A stretch of DNA of 64,000 bases, taken from a virus. The stretch lies in the IMG/VR virus record IMGVR_UViG_3300042453_001086, positions 32,001 through 96,000 of that record; one strand, written 5' to 3'. The position numbers were made by a program, and so were the translations under genes. Every line of letters begins with the position of its first letter. Position 1 is the stretch's first letter. Positions 9,434 through 18,986 of the stretch are shown here, one piece after another. Under the pieces are notes generated by a model. That model was not told where the DNA came from. It saw only the letters and a list, made by a program, of their open reading frames with translations, and searched no databases.

Positions 9434-9942
9434 AGTTTAAAAAGTTCGTCAATAATAGAGTTGTAAAGAGGTCTTACTTGGTCTATCGTAGCAGGTTTAA
9501 TGTCAGTTGCAAGATAGATTAAATCGCTTTTATCTATTTTAATTTTTATTCCATCGGTAGCAGTTCTCCATCGTTTAATACTATTATCATAACTTGTATA
9601 TGCAATAGCATTATTAGTTTGATCTATTAATACCATATAATCATAAGTATTTTTAGGAGCACTAACACTACCCATGAAGTTTTTTAATGTTATTTCTTTA
9701 GTGAGTTTAGCGCGGTTTGTTTGAAATAAATTATCTTGCCCCTTACATTCATACCTATTATTAGTAGTAGGACATTCAAAATCTCTGCCAAGAGTAGAAT
9801 CTAATCCAACATAAGTGAGGGTGCTGGTTTTTTCAATAGCCTTTTCAATAATAATCGCTCTACTAAATCTCATACCACCGTGTCTAAGTTCTCGGGTAGC
9901 ATGTACTACACCCATCACCATTTCGAAATCAAACTTAATCAT
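9430..9942 (-). CDS. Hypothetical protein, possible PD-(D/E)xK nuclease
   Basis: 170-aa AT-rich ORF with 4-nt ATGA overlaps to gp44 and dam; E...GRDF-x8-YECKG arrangement. Confidence 0.6.
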   Translation of the reverse strand: MIKFDFEMVMGVVHATRELRHGGMRFSRAIIIEKAIEKTSTLTYVGLDSTLGRDFECPTTNNRYECKGQDNLFQTNRAKLTKEITLKNFMGSVSAPKNTYDYMVLIDQTNNAIAYTSYDNSIKRWRTATDGIKIKIDKSDLIYLATDIKPATIDQVRPLYNSIIDELFKL

Positions 9943-10883
9943 TTGAACTTACACTCCACCATGATTTCGGTTAGACAAGCAAGAAGATTAATCTCTTGGT
10001 CTGCCACAAAGGCAATCTGATATTGATACTTAGCAAGCACCAACACAGCTGGAGGAATAGAAGAACCTTCCAGCACTTCATTCAACGCATTGTAGATTTT
10101 ACGAATGATAGTGTTAGGGTCACTATCCATATTATCCACAACCCACTGACGAACAACCTTGTATTCCTTAGACTTCATTGCTCGCATGAGTTGGTCTAGG
10201 TTAACGTCAGCGATGTCACAGAGCACAGCAGAGTCCAGTGACCCGCTAGCAGAGTGGCGCTGCGCTTCGTTCAGCAGGCGTCGCCAGTCGGGGTAGTAAC
10301 GCTGAATCAGTTTGACCAGCACCTTGTCCTCATACGCCACGCCAGAGGCGTCTAGGATGCCCTGTAAGCGCCCGAAGAACGCCGCCTGCAACTTCTTCTG
10401 CTCCTCTGGTTTGATGCGGAAATCAACGACCGTGCAGCGGGAGTGCAAAGGGTCAACGATTTTGTTAATGAAGTTGCAGGTAAAAATGAAACGACAGTTG
10501 CTATGGAACTCTTCAACAAAGGCGCGAAGAGATAGCTGAACGTCATGAGTGGTATTATCTGCTTCGTCAATGATGACGACTTTATGCTTACCACCACCAG
10601 TTAAACTGACAGAACTGGCGAACTGTTTGACACGAGTTCGGATAGTATCAAGGAAGCGACCTTCATCCGAACCGTTGATAACAATGTATGAAGCACCAAT
10701 CTCTTCACACAGGGCTTTGGCAACTGTAGTCTTACCAACGCCAGGAGGACCAGACAGAAGAAGATTAGCAATCTCCCCCTGCTCTACAAATCCAGTGAAT
10801 ACTTTCTTTAACGAATCAGGGAGGATACAGTCTTCAATCTTACGAGGACGATACTCCTCCACCCACAAAAAGTTTTTCATCAA
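9939..10883 (-). CDS. gp44: Clamp loader large subunit (T4 gp44, RFC-like AAA+)
   Basis: LWVEEYRP, GPPGVGKT, IIDEAD, LHSRC. Confidence 0.96.
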   Translation of the reverse strand: MMKNFLWVEEYRPRKIEDCILPDSLKKVFTGFVEQGEIANLLLSGPPGVGKTTVAKALCEEIGASYIVINGSDEGRFLDTIRTRVKQFASSVSLTGGGKHKVVIIDEADNTTHDVQLSLRAFVEEFHSNCRFIFTCNFINKIVDPLHSRCTVVDFRIKPEEQKKLQAAFFGRLQGILDASGVAYEDKVLVKLIQRYYPDWRRLLNEAQRHSASGSLDSAVLCDIADVNLDQLMRAMKSKEYKVVRQWVVDNMDSDPNTIIRKIYNALNEVLEGSSIPPAVLVLAKYQYQIAFVADQEINLLACLTEIMVECKFK

Positions 10884-11542
10884 GGTTCAAGCGCAATGTA
10901 ATATGTAACGTCAAGGTTCAGATGCTTCCACTCAGAAATATGATGCTTGGAAACACCAACCTGATAATCACCTTGAAGAAGACGAATGTTCTCAACCTTC
11001 AGGTCAAGCGAATGCGTTCCTTCAAACGTGCCTGGTACAATGATATCATACGTGTTAGACGTTGACACTTCATTGTCGCGGACTGACAGAATAATCTCTT
11101 CATCAGAGCTGATGTTCAGGTCAGGTAGTTTGTAGATACCAGTTGCTTTCTGAATGGCAGCGATGTTAGCAGCAGACAGAGTGAACTGAATATCGGAACC
11201 AGGATACTTTACGGATTTGTCAGGTGCAGTTTTGAGCGTAATCTCAGGGTCTGAAAAATAATACTTGACACGGCTACGTCCATCTTTGATAGTAACATAA
11301 TCAGCATTGTCAAAGACCAGAGAAGGATTGTCAAACAAACTAAGACCAGCGAGAAACTGATTGAGATCATAAATCGCAAAGGTCTGAGGAAAAGACTCTT
11401 CCACATTTGCCGCAGCCAGGATGTTCTCGGCGTTGGAAATGGTCCGTAGCGTGTTTCCCTTTTTGATGATGATGCCATTGTTAATCGTGGCGAAGTTCTT
11501 TAAAATATTCAGAGTAGTTTGGGAAAGTGCGACTGTGCTCAT
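10880..11542 (-). CDS. gp45: Sliding clamp (T4 gp45)
   Basis: LKNFATINNGI, FAIYDLNQFL, C-terminal YYIALEP; position before gp44. Confidence 0.93.
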   Translation of the reverse strand: MSTVALSQTTLNILKNFATINNGIIIKKGNTLRTISNAENILAAANVEESFPQTFAIYDLNQFLAGLSLFDNPSLVFDNADYVTIKDGRSRVKYYFSDPEITLKTAPDKSVKYPGSDIQFTLSAANIAAIQKATGIYKLPDLNISSDEEIILSVRDNEVSTSNTYDIIVPGTFEGTHSLDLKVENIRLLQGDYQVGVSKHHISEWKHLNLDVTYYIALEP

Positions 11543-11826
11543 CGGTTGTAATCTTCACGGGTTGCATTTTTATCATTGAAGTTCATAAGAAGAACTGCAT
11601 AGTGCAGCACCTTCATAATATCCATACGAGCACTACCTTTCTTATCATAACGAGAAGCATACTTGAGAATATTACTACGGCAGAATGCCTCGCCATCTCC
11701 ACATGCTTCAATCAAATCAAGGGTTTGAATACTGTCATCACCAGCAGAGTAATGCTGCCTGTAAGTATTGGCGATGTATTCTCGCAGTTGATTGAGGATT
11801 TCCTCTTCGTTGTATTTCCATTGCAT
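11539..11826 (-). CDS. Conserved phage hypothetical protein (DUF3310-like)
   Basis: MQWKYNEEEIL...HYS...QTLDLI...FCRSNILKYASRYDKKG; start likely at 11826 rather than 11850. Confidence 0.75.
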   Translation of the reverse strand: MQWKYNEEEILNQLREYIANTYRQHYSAGDDSIQTLDLIEACGDGEAFCRSNILKYASRYDKKGSARMDIMKVLHYAVLLMNFNDKNATREDYNR

Positions 11827-11828
11827 AG

Positions 11829-12029
11829 TTAAGCGTCCTCCAAGACACATTCAATATCAGTAATATAGCACGTTGCGGGTTCGTAGTCAACCCCATTGAC
11901 AGAATAAAGATGACCAATGTAACAAGGTGAGTTCTTGCCACCAAGCCATTGATAGATTTTACATTTAATCAAAAAAACACCCCCATCCGTCTTGCGAATG
12001 AGGGTGTGGCGGGAGAGATTATCAAACAT
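11829..12029 (-). CDS. Small hypothetical protein
   Basis: 66-aa ORF whose ATG overlaps the AAA gene stop (TGATG) and fills the gap exactly. Confidence 0.55.
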   Translation of the reverse strand: MFDNLSRHTLIRKTDGGVFLIKCKIYQWLGGKNSPCYIGHLYSVNGVDYEPATCYITDIECVLEDA

Positions 12030-13132
12030 CAGAAGGGATCAGATTCAACAGTCAGTTCGGGTTGAGTGGTTTCAGTAGGTTGAGCATCAATGGAAGCGTC
12101 AATCTTGGAATAGAGTTCCATGAAGGATTGCTTAGTCTCATCATCAAAACGAGCGATGCAAACCTCAATCGCTTTTTTACGCTTGCCAAAGATACTGAAG
12201 GCGCGGATAACGTGAACCAGACGACGAGTGGAAATGATTTCGTCAACACCACCATCGTAGAAGGTCTTACGAATAATCTCCGCCCATGCAACCAGACGAC
12301 TCACAAACTCTTCATCGTAGCAGTTCAGCGAATCAGCAGCTTTCTTAAGGATAGCAGTTTCAACCTTAGGAGTGGGATATGCCTGCTCAAAGGTCACAGG
12401 AAAACGCTCAAGGAATGCTTCGTTGAGAACGTTAGTGCCAATGAAGCGACCGTCATCGCTACCCTTACCTTTGGTGTTGGCAGTAGCAACAACGTTGAAA
12501 CCAGCAGCGGGTTTGACATACTTGCCGATCTTCTTAAGGAAGACACCCTTACCCTCAAGCACAGATTGCAGGCAGAGGATTTTGTTAGAGGCAAGATCAA
12601 TCTCATCCAGCAGCAGAATAGCACCGCGATTCAGTGCTTGAACCACAGGACCATCGTGCCATACGGTCTCACCGTTGACGAGACGGAAACCACCAATCAG
12701 GTCATCCTCGTCGGTCTCAATGGTGATGTTGACACGAATCAGTTCACGCTTCAGTTGAGCACAAGCTTGCTCAACACTGAAAGTTTTACCGTTACCAGAG
12801 AGACCAGTGATGAAGATAGGATAATACTGGCGAGAAGAAACAATCTTCTTAATATCACTAAAGTTACCAAAGCTGACGAAGGAAGCATCTTTCGCAGGAA
12901 TAAAGTTTTCAGGGTTTTCTGCCACAGGTTCAACAGCGGGTTGATTATAGGTTTGCTCAAGTTGCTCAGCAGCAGTCAGATGCCACAGACCACGCTGCAC
13001 CTTGAACTGGTCCAGTTTCTTAGTGAGCGTTTGGTAACCCATGCCAATCTCATCAGCATAGGCACGAACGTCAGCGGCAGTCACAACAGGACCGAAGCGG
13101 TCAATCATGGGGGCGACTTCAAAGTTTTTCAT
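12029..13132 (-). CDS. cobS: MoxR/CobS-like AAA+ ATPase
   Basis: GLSGNGKT, ITIETDEDDLIGG, LLLDEID, ATANTKG, AFLERF; the family is usually annotated cobS in cyanophages. Confidence 0.88.
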   Translation of the reverse strand: MKNFEVAPMIDRFGPVVTAADVRAYADEIGMGYQTLTKKLDQFKVQRGLWHLTAAEQLEQTYNQPAVEPVAENPENFIPAKDASFVSFGNFSDIKKIVSSRQYYPIFITGLSGNGKTFSVEQACAQLKRELIRVNITIETDEDDLIGGFRLVNGETVWHDGPVVQALNRGAILLLDEIDLASNKILCLQSVLEGKGVFLKKIGKYVKPAAGFNVVATANTKGKGSDDGRFIGTNVLNEAFLERFPVTFEQAYPTPKVETAILKKAADSLNCYDEEFVSRLVAWAEIIRKTFYDGGVDEIISTRRLVHVIRAFSIFGKRKKAIEVCIARFDDETKQSFMELYSKIDASIDAQPTETTQPELTVESDPF

Positions 13133-13158
13133 GGTGTGGGGTCGTTTCGTATGTAAGT

Positions 13159-13194
13159 ATTATAGGGCAAAAGGGGTGGGGGCACAAGCCCCCA
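13159..13194 (-). promoter_or_regulatory. Sigma70-type early promoter with GC hairpin over the -35 box
   Basis: TTGTGC-N17-TATAAT; hairpin tggggg-cttgtg-ccccca. Confidence 0.72.
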
Positions 13195-13203
13195 TTGATC
13201 AGA

Positions 13204-15348
13204 TCAACTAATGAGTGTGGCGAAGGAGGTCAGCATCTTCTTATTGACACCTTTCTTGGCGAGTGCTTTAGTAAATGCCTTGCCGATTTCTTTCTCGGTA
13301 GCATCATCTTCAACATCAAATTCGCTATTCGCAGATAGCGAATCAGTGCCCATCATGTAAAGTGCTTGATAACCAAGATGCTCAATCAGTTCAGCGGACT
13401 TGTTTTTCTTCCACTGCTTTTGAACTTCATCCCAAGAAGTTTTACAATCTTCAGCATTGTAGGTGGTGTTAAGACCACGACCATTCACCAGACGAATACC
13501 GATAAGGTTTACATCAGGGAAACGATCACGCACATTCTGAAGAAACACTTTGGTGATTTTATCAGAGTTACCATAGTAACCACCATCATCAAAGCGAGGA
13601 TACACACGACCAGTTTTACGATCACGCAGAACACAATCATTGGTTACATGATTCGTGCCCATACGGCTACCATACTTCTGGTCAGTGTAGTAGTTGATGC
13701 TGGCAGATTCACCGTCAGTCAGAATAATAACGTTGGTCTTTTGAACCTTGTTACGCTTCTGAAAGGCAGGGATAAGTGCTGTCAGAGAGATTGCTGCCTC
13801 ATGCAGAGGAGTGCCAGACAAACTATAACCAGCAGGAATAGAGTAACCAGAGTAGCTACCATTGCCAACAACAAGACGCCAGAAGTTTTTAAGTTGTGCT
13901 TCAAGGTCTTTGCCGTTGCGACCGTTGCTGCTGACAAGATTCAGCATGTTGAAGTGGTCACACAGTTTGACTTGACCCGCCTTAGGAGTTTGAATGCGAG
14001 GAGATTTGTTGCGAGTTTGAGTGTGATAATCGTAGCTTCGGTGATACCAGTAGTCATTGGTAAAAGCATAGATGTCAAAAGGAATCTGCACTTTCTTACA
14101 GAACCATGCAAGATTCAAAAGTTGCTTAGCAGTATCCTGCAGAATACCACCCATAGAACCAGACCAGTCAAGAATAAAAATCAGACCGTGATTCTTACCG
14201 TCAGGCACCACATTGATTTTCTTGAATACATCTTCATTCCACTTGTAGGTATGAAGCAGTGCAGTATCAAGGATACCAGTCTTGGCAGTAGATGCACGGG
14301 CATACTGGTCTGCAGACTTACGCATCTCAAACTCTTTCACAAGGTAGTTAACCTCGCGCTGAGCCTCGCTACGAAAAGTCAGATACTGTTTGTCAACTTC
14401 AGCAAACACACGGGAGGTCTGCTCATTGAAGCAAGTATTGCAGTCTTCTTGCACTTGCTTGTTAGAGACAACAATGTTATCTACTTTGAGGTCAGGCAGC
14501 TCAATGTAGTTGAGGTGATGAGAGCGAGGATGCTGACTAATCAGTTGTTTCTGATTCTCAGTGAATGCCTTGTCAGTTTCAGACTCAAGCGTGTTAGTTT
14601 GACCACCACCATTGGTAGCACCTTCACCTTGCTCATTGGGTTGATCAGAATCAGCACCTTTGGTTTGATTACCGTCACCAGAAGTTTGCTGAGGTTGCTC
14701 ACCCTCACCATCGGTAGAATCACCCTCGCCCTGAGTGGAATCACCACCACCTTGGGTAGATTGCTGGAGGTCGCCTTGCGCCTCAACAACCTGCTGTTGT
14801 TCCTGTTGCTCAGTATAAGCAAGAATCTTGCGAGCAACATCTACAACTTGCTCAAAGGTTTCGGCATTGGCAAGTTCATCTACGATAGCTTTCTCTTCAG
14901 CATTCCAAGAGAACACTTCACCAGCATGAATGCCGATTTTAAAATAGAGATTCACACGGTCAATCAGAGCATAACTATCCAGCTCACGGTCGCCAATGCA
15001 GAAGAAATCATCATCTTGCAGTTCTTTATAACCAGCGTAGAAGTTACGGGCGAGGCCAGGAAACTTACGCTTCATCAGTTTCTCAATACGAGCATCCTCA
15101 CACACGTTCAGGTAGGACTGAGGAATGCCATAGTCATCACCCCAACGGTCAGGGGTGTAGAGAGCGTGACCGACTTCATGCCCCACCAGCATATCGTAGA
15201 CGTTGGCGGATGCCCGCTCCCACATCGGCAGGGTGAGGATACGGTCTTTCACGTTGAACATCGCCGTCTCTACAGGGCGGTGCTCTACAATAAGATTCTC
15301 GGTAGCGAGGAGGCGAGCGAGATTGCCCTTGACTTCGGCGTTGAACAT
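13204..15348 (-). CDS. vWA-domain protein with N-terminal HExxH peptidase-like domain (CobT-like partner of the AAA+)
   Basis: GHEVGHALYT; Q/G/D-rich linker; MIDAS ILDWSGSM...GTPL...ILTDG. Start set at MFNAEV (15348) because the -10 box covers 15372. Confidence 0.85.
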   Translation of the reverse strand: MFNAEVKGNLARLLATENLIVEHRPVETAMFNVKDRILTLPMWERASANVYDMLVGHEVGHALYTPDRWGDDYGIPQSYLNVCEDARIEKLMKRKFPGLARNFYAGYKELQDDDFFCIGDRELDSYALIDRVNLYFKIGIHAGEVFSWNAEEKAIVDELANAETFEQVVDVARKILAYTEQQEQQQVVEAQGDLQQSTQGGGDSTQGEGDSTDGEGEQPQQTSGDGNQTKGADSDQPNEQGEGATNGGGQTNTLESETDKAFTENQKQLISQHPRSHHLNYIELPDLKVDNIVVSNKQVQEDCNTCFNEQTSRVFAEVDKQYLTFRSEAQREVNYLVKEFEMRKSADQYARASTAKTGILDTALLHTYKWNEDVFKKINVVPDGKNHGLIFILDWSGSMGGILQDTAKQLLNLAWFCKKVQIPFDIYAFTNDYWYHRSYDYHTQTRNKSPRIQTPKAGQVKLCDHFNMLNLVSSNGRNGKDLEAQLKNFWRLVVGNGSYSGYSIPAGYSLSGTPLHEAAISLTALIPAFQKRNKVQKTNVIILTDGESASINYYTDQKYGSRMGTNHVTNDCVLRDRKTGRVYPRFDDGGYYGNSDKITKVFLQNVRDRFPDVNLIGIRLVNGRGLNTTYNAEDCKTSWDEVQKQWKKNKSAELIEHLGYQALYMMGTDSLSANSEFDVEDDATEKEIGKAFTKALAKKGVNKKMLTSFATLIS

Positions 15349-15371
15349 CGGTCTCTTTCGTTGATGAATCA

Positions 15372-15405
15372 ACTATACAGCAAAGGGGTCGCCGCAGCAA
15401 CCCCT
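15372..15405 (-). promoter_or_regulatory. Sigma70-type early promoter with GC hairpin
   Basis: TTGCTG-N17-TATAGT; hairpin aggggttgc-tgcg-gcgacccct. Confidence 0.68.
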
Positions 15406-15411
15406 GTTAAG

Positions 15412-17136
15412 TTATTCTGATGTCTCGTCTGTGACGTATGAGAAGTTTTTATGCTTCTCAAATCGTAGGCAGCGGTCAAACTTGTCTGCCATATTGTCGC
15501 GGTGGGAGATAACAAATACGTTTGTTTTGTCATCGAATGTTTTGAGAATCCATCCGAGGTCACTGTTACCAGATTGGTCAAGTGACCCGTCAAAGATTTC
15601 ATCAAGGATTAGAAGATTAGTATCCACGCTATTCTTAAGTTTAGCAACACTACGCCAAGTAAGCAGCAGAGCAATATCGATTCTAGCCTTTTCGCCTTCA
15701 GAAAAAGATTCATAACTAAACTCATCCCTATAACGTGATTTGATTACCTCTTCAAAACTTTCGTTGAGCATGAACGATGCTGGAAACTCCATCTTATCAA
15801 GGTAGTCGTTGATAAGTTTGTTCATCGTTGGGAGGTATTTTTTGATGATGCGCGTTTTGATGCCCGAGTCTTTGAGGAGTTGTGCCGCCGTGAGTAGGCA
15901 GTCTTTTTCTTCTTTTGTTTCAGAAATCGTTTCTTGGATTCGCTTCCCGTCCTCGCTGAGCGATTTAAGTATTGAAAACTGCTCCCGTTGACTGACATCT
16001 GAATCCCGCAGTTTTCTGATGTCGTCGTCCAGTTCTTCAATTCGTTTATGAAGTGACTTAATTTCATTATTGAGTTGTCGATTCTTTAGATTGAGTTCGT
16101 TTATTTCATCAATCAAAAGAATAAAGGTATTCTCTTTACTTTGGAGATCAGAAAGTTGTTGTCCCAAATCAGACATAGCTTTCTCCACCTCAGCAAGTTT
16201 ATCCGAGAGAACTTGGATCTTCTCTTGTTTAAAATGCTCCTCAATACTCTGCCCGCATGTCGGGCACGAATCATTCTGCTCAAAGAATATTTTTTCCTTA
16301 TTATATGTTTTTTGTTTGGATGATATTTTGTTGCTGAGCGTATTAACCTTAGTGATCGTTGCTTTAAGCGTCTGCGTGTCTGAAACGGCAGCGGTCTTAG
16401 TGTCGATTTCCTTGTCGTTATTGAGGATTTGTGTCTCATAATCTAGAGCCTCTTGTAGAAGAGTTTCTTTGCGATTCTCTTTTTCTTGAATGTCTTCTTT
16501 ATTCTTCTTTTCAATGTCAAGCATAAACTGCTTCTGCATGTCAATCTTCTCTTTGACAAGTGAGAGTTTATATTCGTGGTCTTTAAGTTCGTCGTTGATT
16601 ACTTTGATTTTTTCTTTCAGATTGACATTCATTGTTGAGAAGATTTGAATGTCAAGAATGTCTTCGATGATTTCTCTGCGAGCTGCCAATGGAAGACGCA
16701 TAAATGGCACAAAGGTGGATGACCCGAGCACCACAATCTGAGTAAACGATTTGTAGTTCATCTTCAGAATCGTTTGCTCAAAATGTTTCTGCTGATCTAC
16801 GGCAGATGAATCTTGGTTGAGTAGCGCACCATTCTGATAGATTTCAAACTTCGCTGGTTTAATACCACGAATCACTTTGTATTTATTATTGCCAATATCA
16901 AAGTTAACTTCTACAACACAATCAGATTGATTGATAGAGTTGAGAAGTTGTGGTTTATTAATCTTACGGAAAGGTTTACCAAATAAAGAAAAAGTCAAGG
17001 CATCTAGAATAGTTGACTTGCCAGCACCATTGGTTCCCACAATCAAACTACTCTTTCTATCGGTCAGAGAAATCTCCGTGAACTGAGCACCAGTAGAAAG
17101 AAAGTTTTTCCATTTAATCGTCTTGAAAATTATCAT
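15412..17136 (-). CDS. gp46: Recombination endonuclease ATPase subunit (T4 gp46, SbcC/Rad50-like)
   Basis: KNFLSTG, GTNGAGKST, CPTCGQ zinc hook, FSEGEKARID, LDEIFD, ISH; start MIIFKTI at 17136. Confidence 0.95.
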   Translation of the reverse strand: MIIFKTIKWKNFLSTGAQFTEISLTDRKSSLIVGTNGAGKSTILDALTFSLFGKPFRKINKPQLLNSINQSDCVVEVNFDIGNNKYKVIRGIKPAKFEIYQNGALLNQDSSAVDQQKHFEQTILKMNYKSFTQIVVLGSSTFVPFMRLPLAARREIIEDILDIQIFSTMNVNLKEKIKVINDELKDHEYKLSLVKEKIDMQKQFMLDIEKKNKEDIQEKENRKETLLQEALDYETQILNNDKEIDTKTAAVSDTQTLKATITKVNTLSNKISSKQKTYNKEKIFFEQNDSCPTCGQSIEEHFKQEKIQVLSDKLAEVEKAMSDLGQQLSDLQSKENTFILLIDEINELNLKNRQLNNEIKSLHKRIEELDDDIRKLRDSDVSQREQFSILKSLSEDGKRIQETISETKEEKDCLLTAAQLLKDSGIKTRIIKKYLPTMNKLINDYLDKMEFPASFMLNESFEEVIKSRYRDEFSYESFSEGEKARIDIALLLTWRSVAKLKNSVDTNLLILDEIFDGSLDQSGNSDLGWILKTFDDKTNVFVISHRDNMADKFDRCLRFEKHKNFSYVTDETSE

Positions 17137-17401
17137 AAGATCTAGGGGGAACAATAATGTCGTCAGGTTCAACAATGAGGTATTTCATACCTCGCAACTC
17201 ACACATGCCAACACCTGCTTTAGCATCAACTTCATAAGTCATTAGTGGAGGAAGACTGTCATCATCTTGATTCGCCACAAGCAATCCAAGATAACGCTCT
17301 GCATCATCTTCCTCTCGAAAAAAGTATACCACATGATCACCCTCTTCGTCAAGAACTGAGTATACTCCGTCTGGATGTTCAGTAAGAGTGATCAAAAACA
17401 T
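17114..17401 (-). CDS. Conserved hypothetical protein
   Basis: 95-aa acidic ORF filling the gap between gp47 and gp46. Confidence 0.7.
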   Translation of the reverse strand: MFLITLTEHPDGVYSVLDEEGDHVVYFFREEDDAERYLGLLVANQDDDSLPPLMTYEVDAKAGVGMCELRGMKYLIVEPDDIIVPPRSYDNFQDD

Positions 17402-18451
17402 TTATACTACCTCACAACTTTCAATATATAGTGACTTCATTATACTCTTTAACTTTGCTTTGTCTACGGCAATCTCCACCTCATCAATGTATTCATTAAG
17501 AAGTGTGAGTGTATCTTTGATTTCTACATTATCATCATCTTCAACAAAAGCATCATTGACCAGAGTTTCAATGATTTTGACATCGTGAGGAGCAACTGCA
17601 AACACAGAATCTACAAACTTTTCAAACTCAGTATAGTCTTTCTTATCTTCTACGATAATCTTGACAAAAGAATTTGAACACTCACTGGTATCGAAGCTGA
17701 GATGAGAACCAGTAGAATCATTATAATAGATTTTCTGGAAAATCTCATAAGGGTTCTTGACCCGCTTGAGTTTATTTGTCGTTGGTTCATAAAGGTGAAA
17801 TCCTCGCTCGTCTTTATAATCATTCCAGAACATCTGGTAAGGATTACCCAGATAGGTGATGTTACCTCTGGATGATTTGTGGTGGTAGTGTCCCGAGAAT
17901 ACTTGTTTGAACTTTTTGAAAATCTTAGGATCCATACCATGATCTTGTGTATTCCCAGGAGTCACTTCAAAACCAGATAGTTCAAGGTGACCCATAGCAA
18001 TCTCAGCACCAGTATCTTCAATGTGCTTCATGGTTTCCTCATAGTTAGAGGAGTTAATCCAGGGCAGCATCAGAATCTTAGCGCCATCAATCATTACAGT
18101 CTCTGGACGAGAATAGATTTCAATGTTACTAAAGTCCTTGAGCAGAAGTTCTGGGGAATTAATCTCGTTAGTATTCTTGTAGTAGGTACAGTGATTACCA
18201 AGAATCATGTGAACGAAGATACCCATATCTTCAAGGCGTTGAAAATAATAACTACGCACACGGTTCCAAACATTGAAATCAATCCCCTTACGATTATCAA
18301 ACGTATCACCGAGGTCAATAACAGTCTTGATTCCATGTCTCTCCAGTGTTGGGAAAAAGATGTCGTCGTAGAATTTTTTGAAGTATTCCCAGAACGCGAC
18401 ACTACCTTTTCTCCCGTCAAGATGTTGGTCAGTAATAAGAGCTACGGTCAT
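17402..18451 (-). CDS. gp47: Recombination endonuclease nuclease subunit (T4 gp47, Mre11/SbcD-like)
   Basis: ITDQHL, DLGDTFD, GNH, GHLE, FSGHYH metallophosphoesterase motifs. Confidence 0.95.
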   Translation of the reverse strand: MTVALITDQHLDGRKGSVAFWEYFKKFYDDIFFPTLERHGIKTVIDLGDTFDNRKGIDFNVWNRVRSYYFQRLEDMGIFVHMILGNHCTYYKNTNEINSPELLLKDFSNIEIYSRPETVMIDGAKILMLPWINSSNYEETMKHIEDTGAEIAMGHLELSGFEVTPGNTQDHGMDPKIFKKFKQVFSGHYHHKSSRGNITYLGNPYQMFWNDYKDERGFHLYEPTTNKLKRVKNPYEIFQKIYYNDSTGSHLSFDTSECSNSFVKIIVEDKKDYTEFEKFVDSVFAVAPHDVKIIETLVNDAFVEDDDNVEIKDTLTLLNEYIDEVEIAVDKAKLKSIMKSLYIESCEVV

Positions 18452-18963
18452 CGTTTAGATCTAATCTCAAGGTTTTCTTTGATACTGTTCATGTCAGCAC
18501 TGCTGCTACTATAACCATACATGTCCCCACCGTGACTGTCCATATGCAAAACTTCATCAAAACCAGAACGTTCGAGAATCTTAGCTTTGATTTCTAGTTG
18601 CTTTTTCTCACGCTGAATACGACGAAGAAAAGCATAGTAGATGATTTGAGTAAAGTAAGCAAACGGGTTAGTAGACTTTTCTGGATTAAAGTTGTCAATA
18701 TATTGAAGGCAGTTTTCGATGCCATCACAAATCATATCTTCCCTAAACATGTAGTTGACAAAGTTAGGTTTGTATGATAAATGAGTGGCAATCTTTAGAA
18801 AACACTCTCCAATATAGTTTGGTACTTTTGGTTTTGGTTTTCCCTTTTCTTTGGCGGCAGCAACTTGTTGCCGATAAACCATAAGGGCATCCAAAAATTC
18901 CCTGTTGTTTACATAGTTCTCTTTGGTTGCCCTTCTAGCCATGGGTTTGTTTGCTGCTAACAT
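18448..18963 (-). CDS. gp55: Late-transcription sigma factor (T4 gp55)
   Basis: YVNNREFL, YIGECFLKIA, NFNPEKSTNPFAYFTQI. Confidence 0.95.
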   Translation of the reverse strand: MLAANKPMARRATKENYVNNREFLDALMVYRQQVAAAKEKGKPKPKVPNYIGECFLKIATHLSYKPNFVNYMFREDMICDGIENCLQYIDNFNPEKSTNPFAYFTQIIYYAFLRRIQREKKQLEIKAKILERSGFDEVLHMDSHGGDMYGYSSSSADMNSIKENLEIRSKR

Positions 18964-18986
18964 TTGCTTTTATTTACTCTGTGTGT

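Noticed and set aside
12029-13132. Cobalamin biosynthesis as an auxiliary metabolic function
   Set aside because: Only a generic MoxR-type AAA+ and a vWA partner are present, with no CobN or other cob genes in the window. The cobS label is a family name, not evidence of function.
13366-15420. 684-aa plus-strand ORF (and the 364-aa one at 12062..13156) as real genes
   Set aside because: Both are in exact codon register with well-supported minus-strand genes and show no recognisable motifs. They are explained by the absence of TTA/CTA/TCA codons, which is reported as a finding.
15369-15605. 78-aa ORF and other short nested ORFs (e.g. 21979..22443, 5903..6352, 54273..54935)
   Set aside because: They overlap core genes in alternative frames and lack an SD or recognisable motifs.
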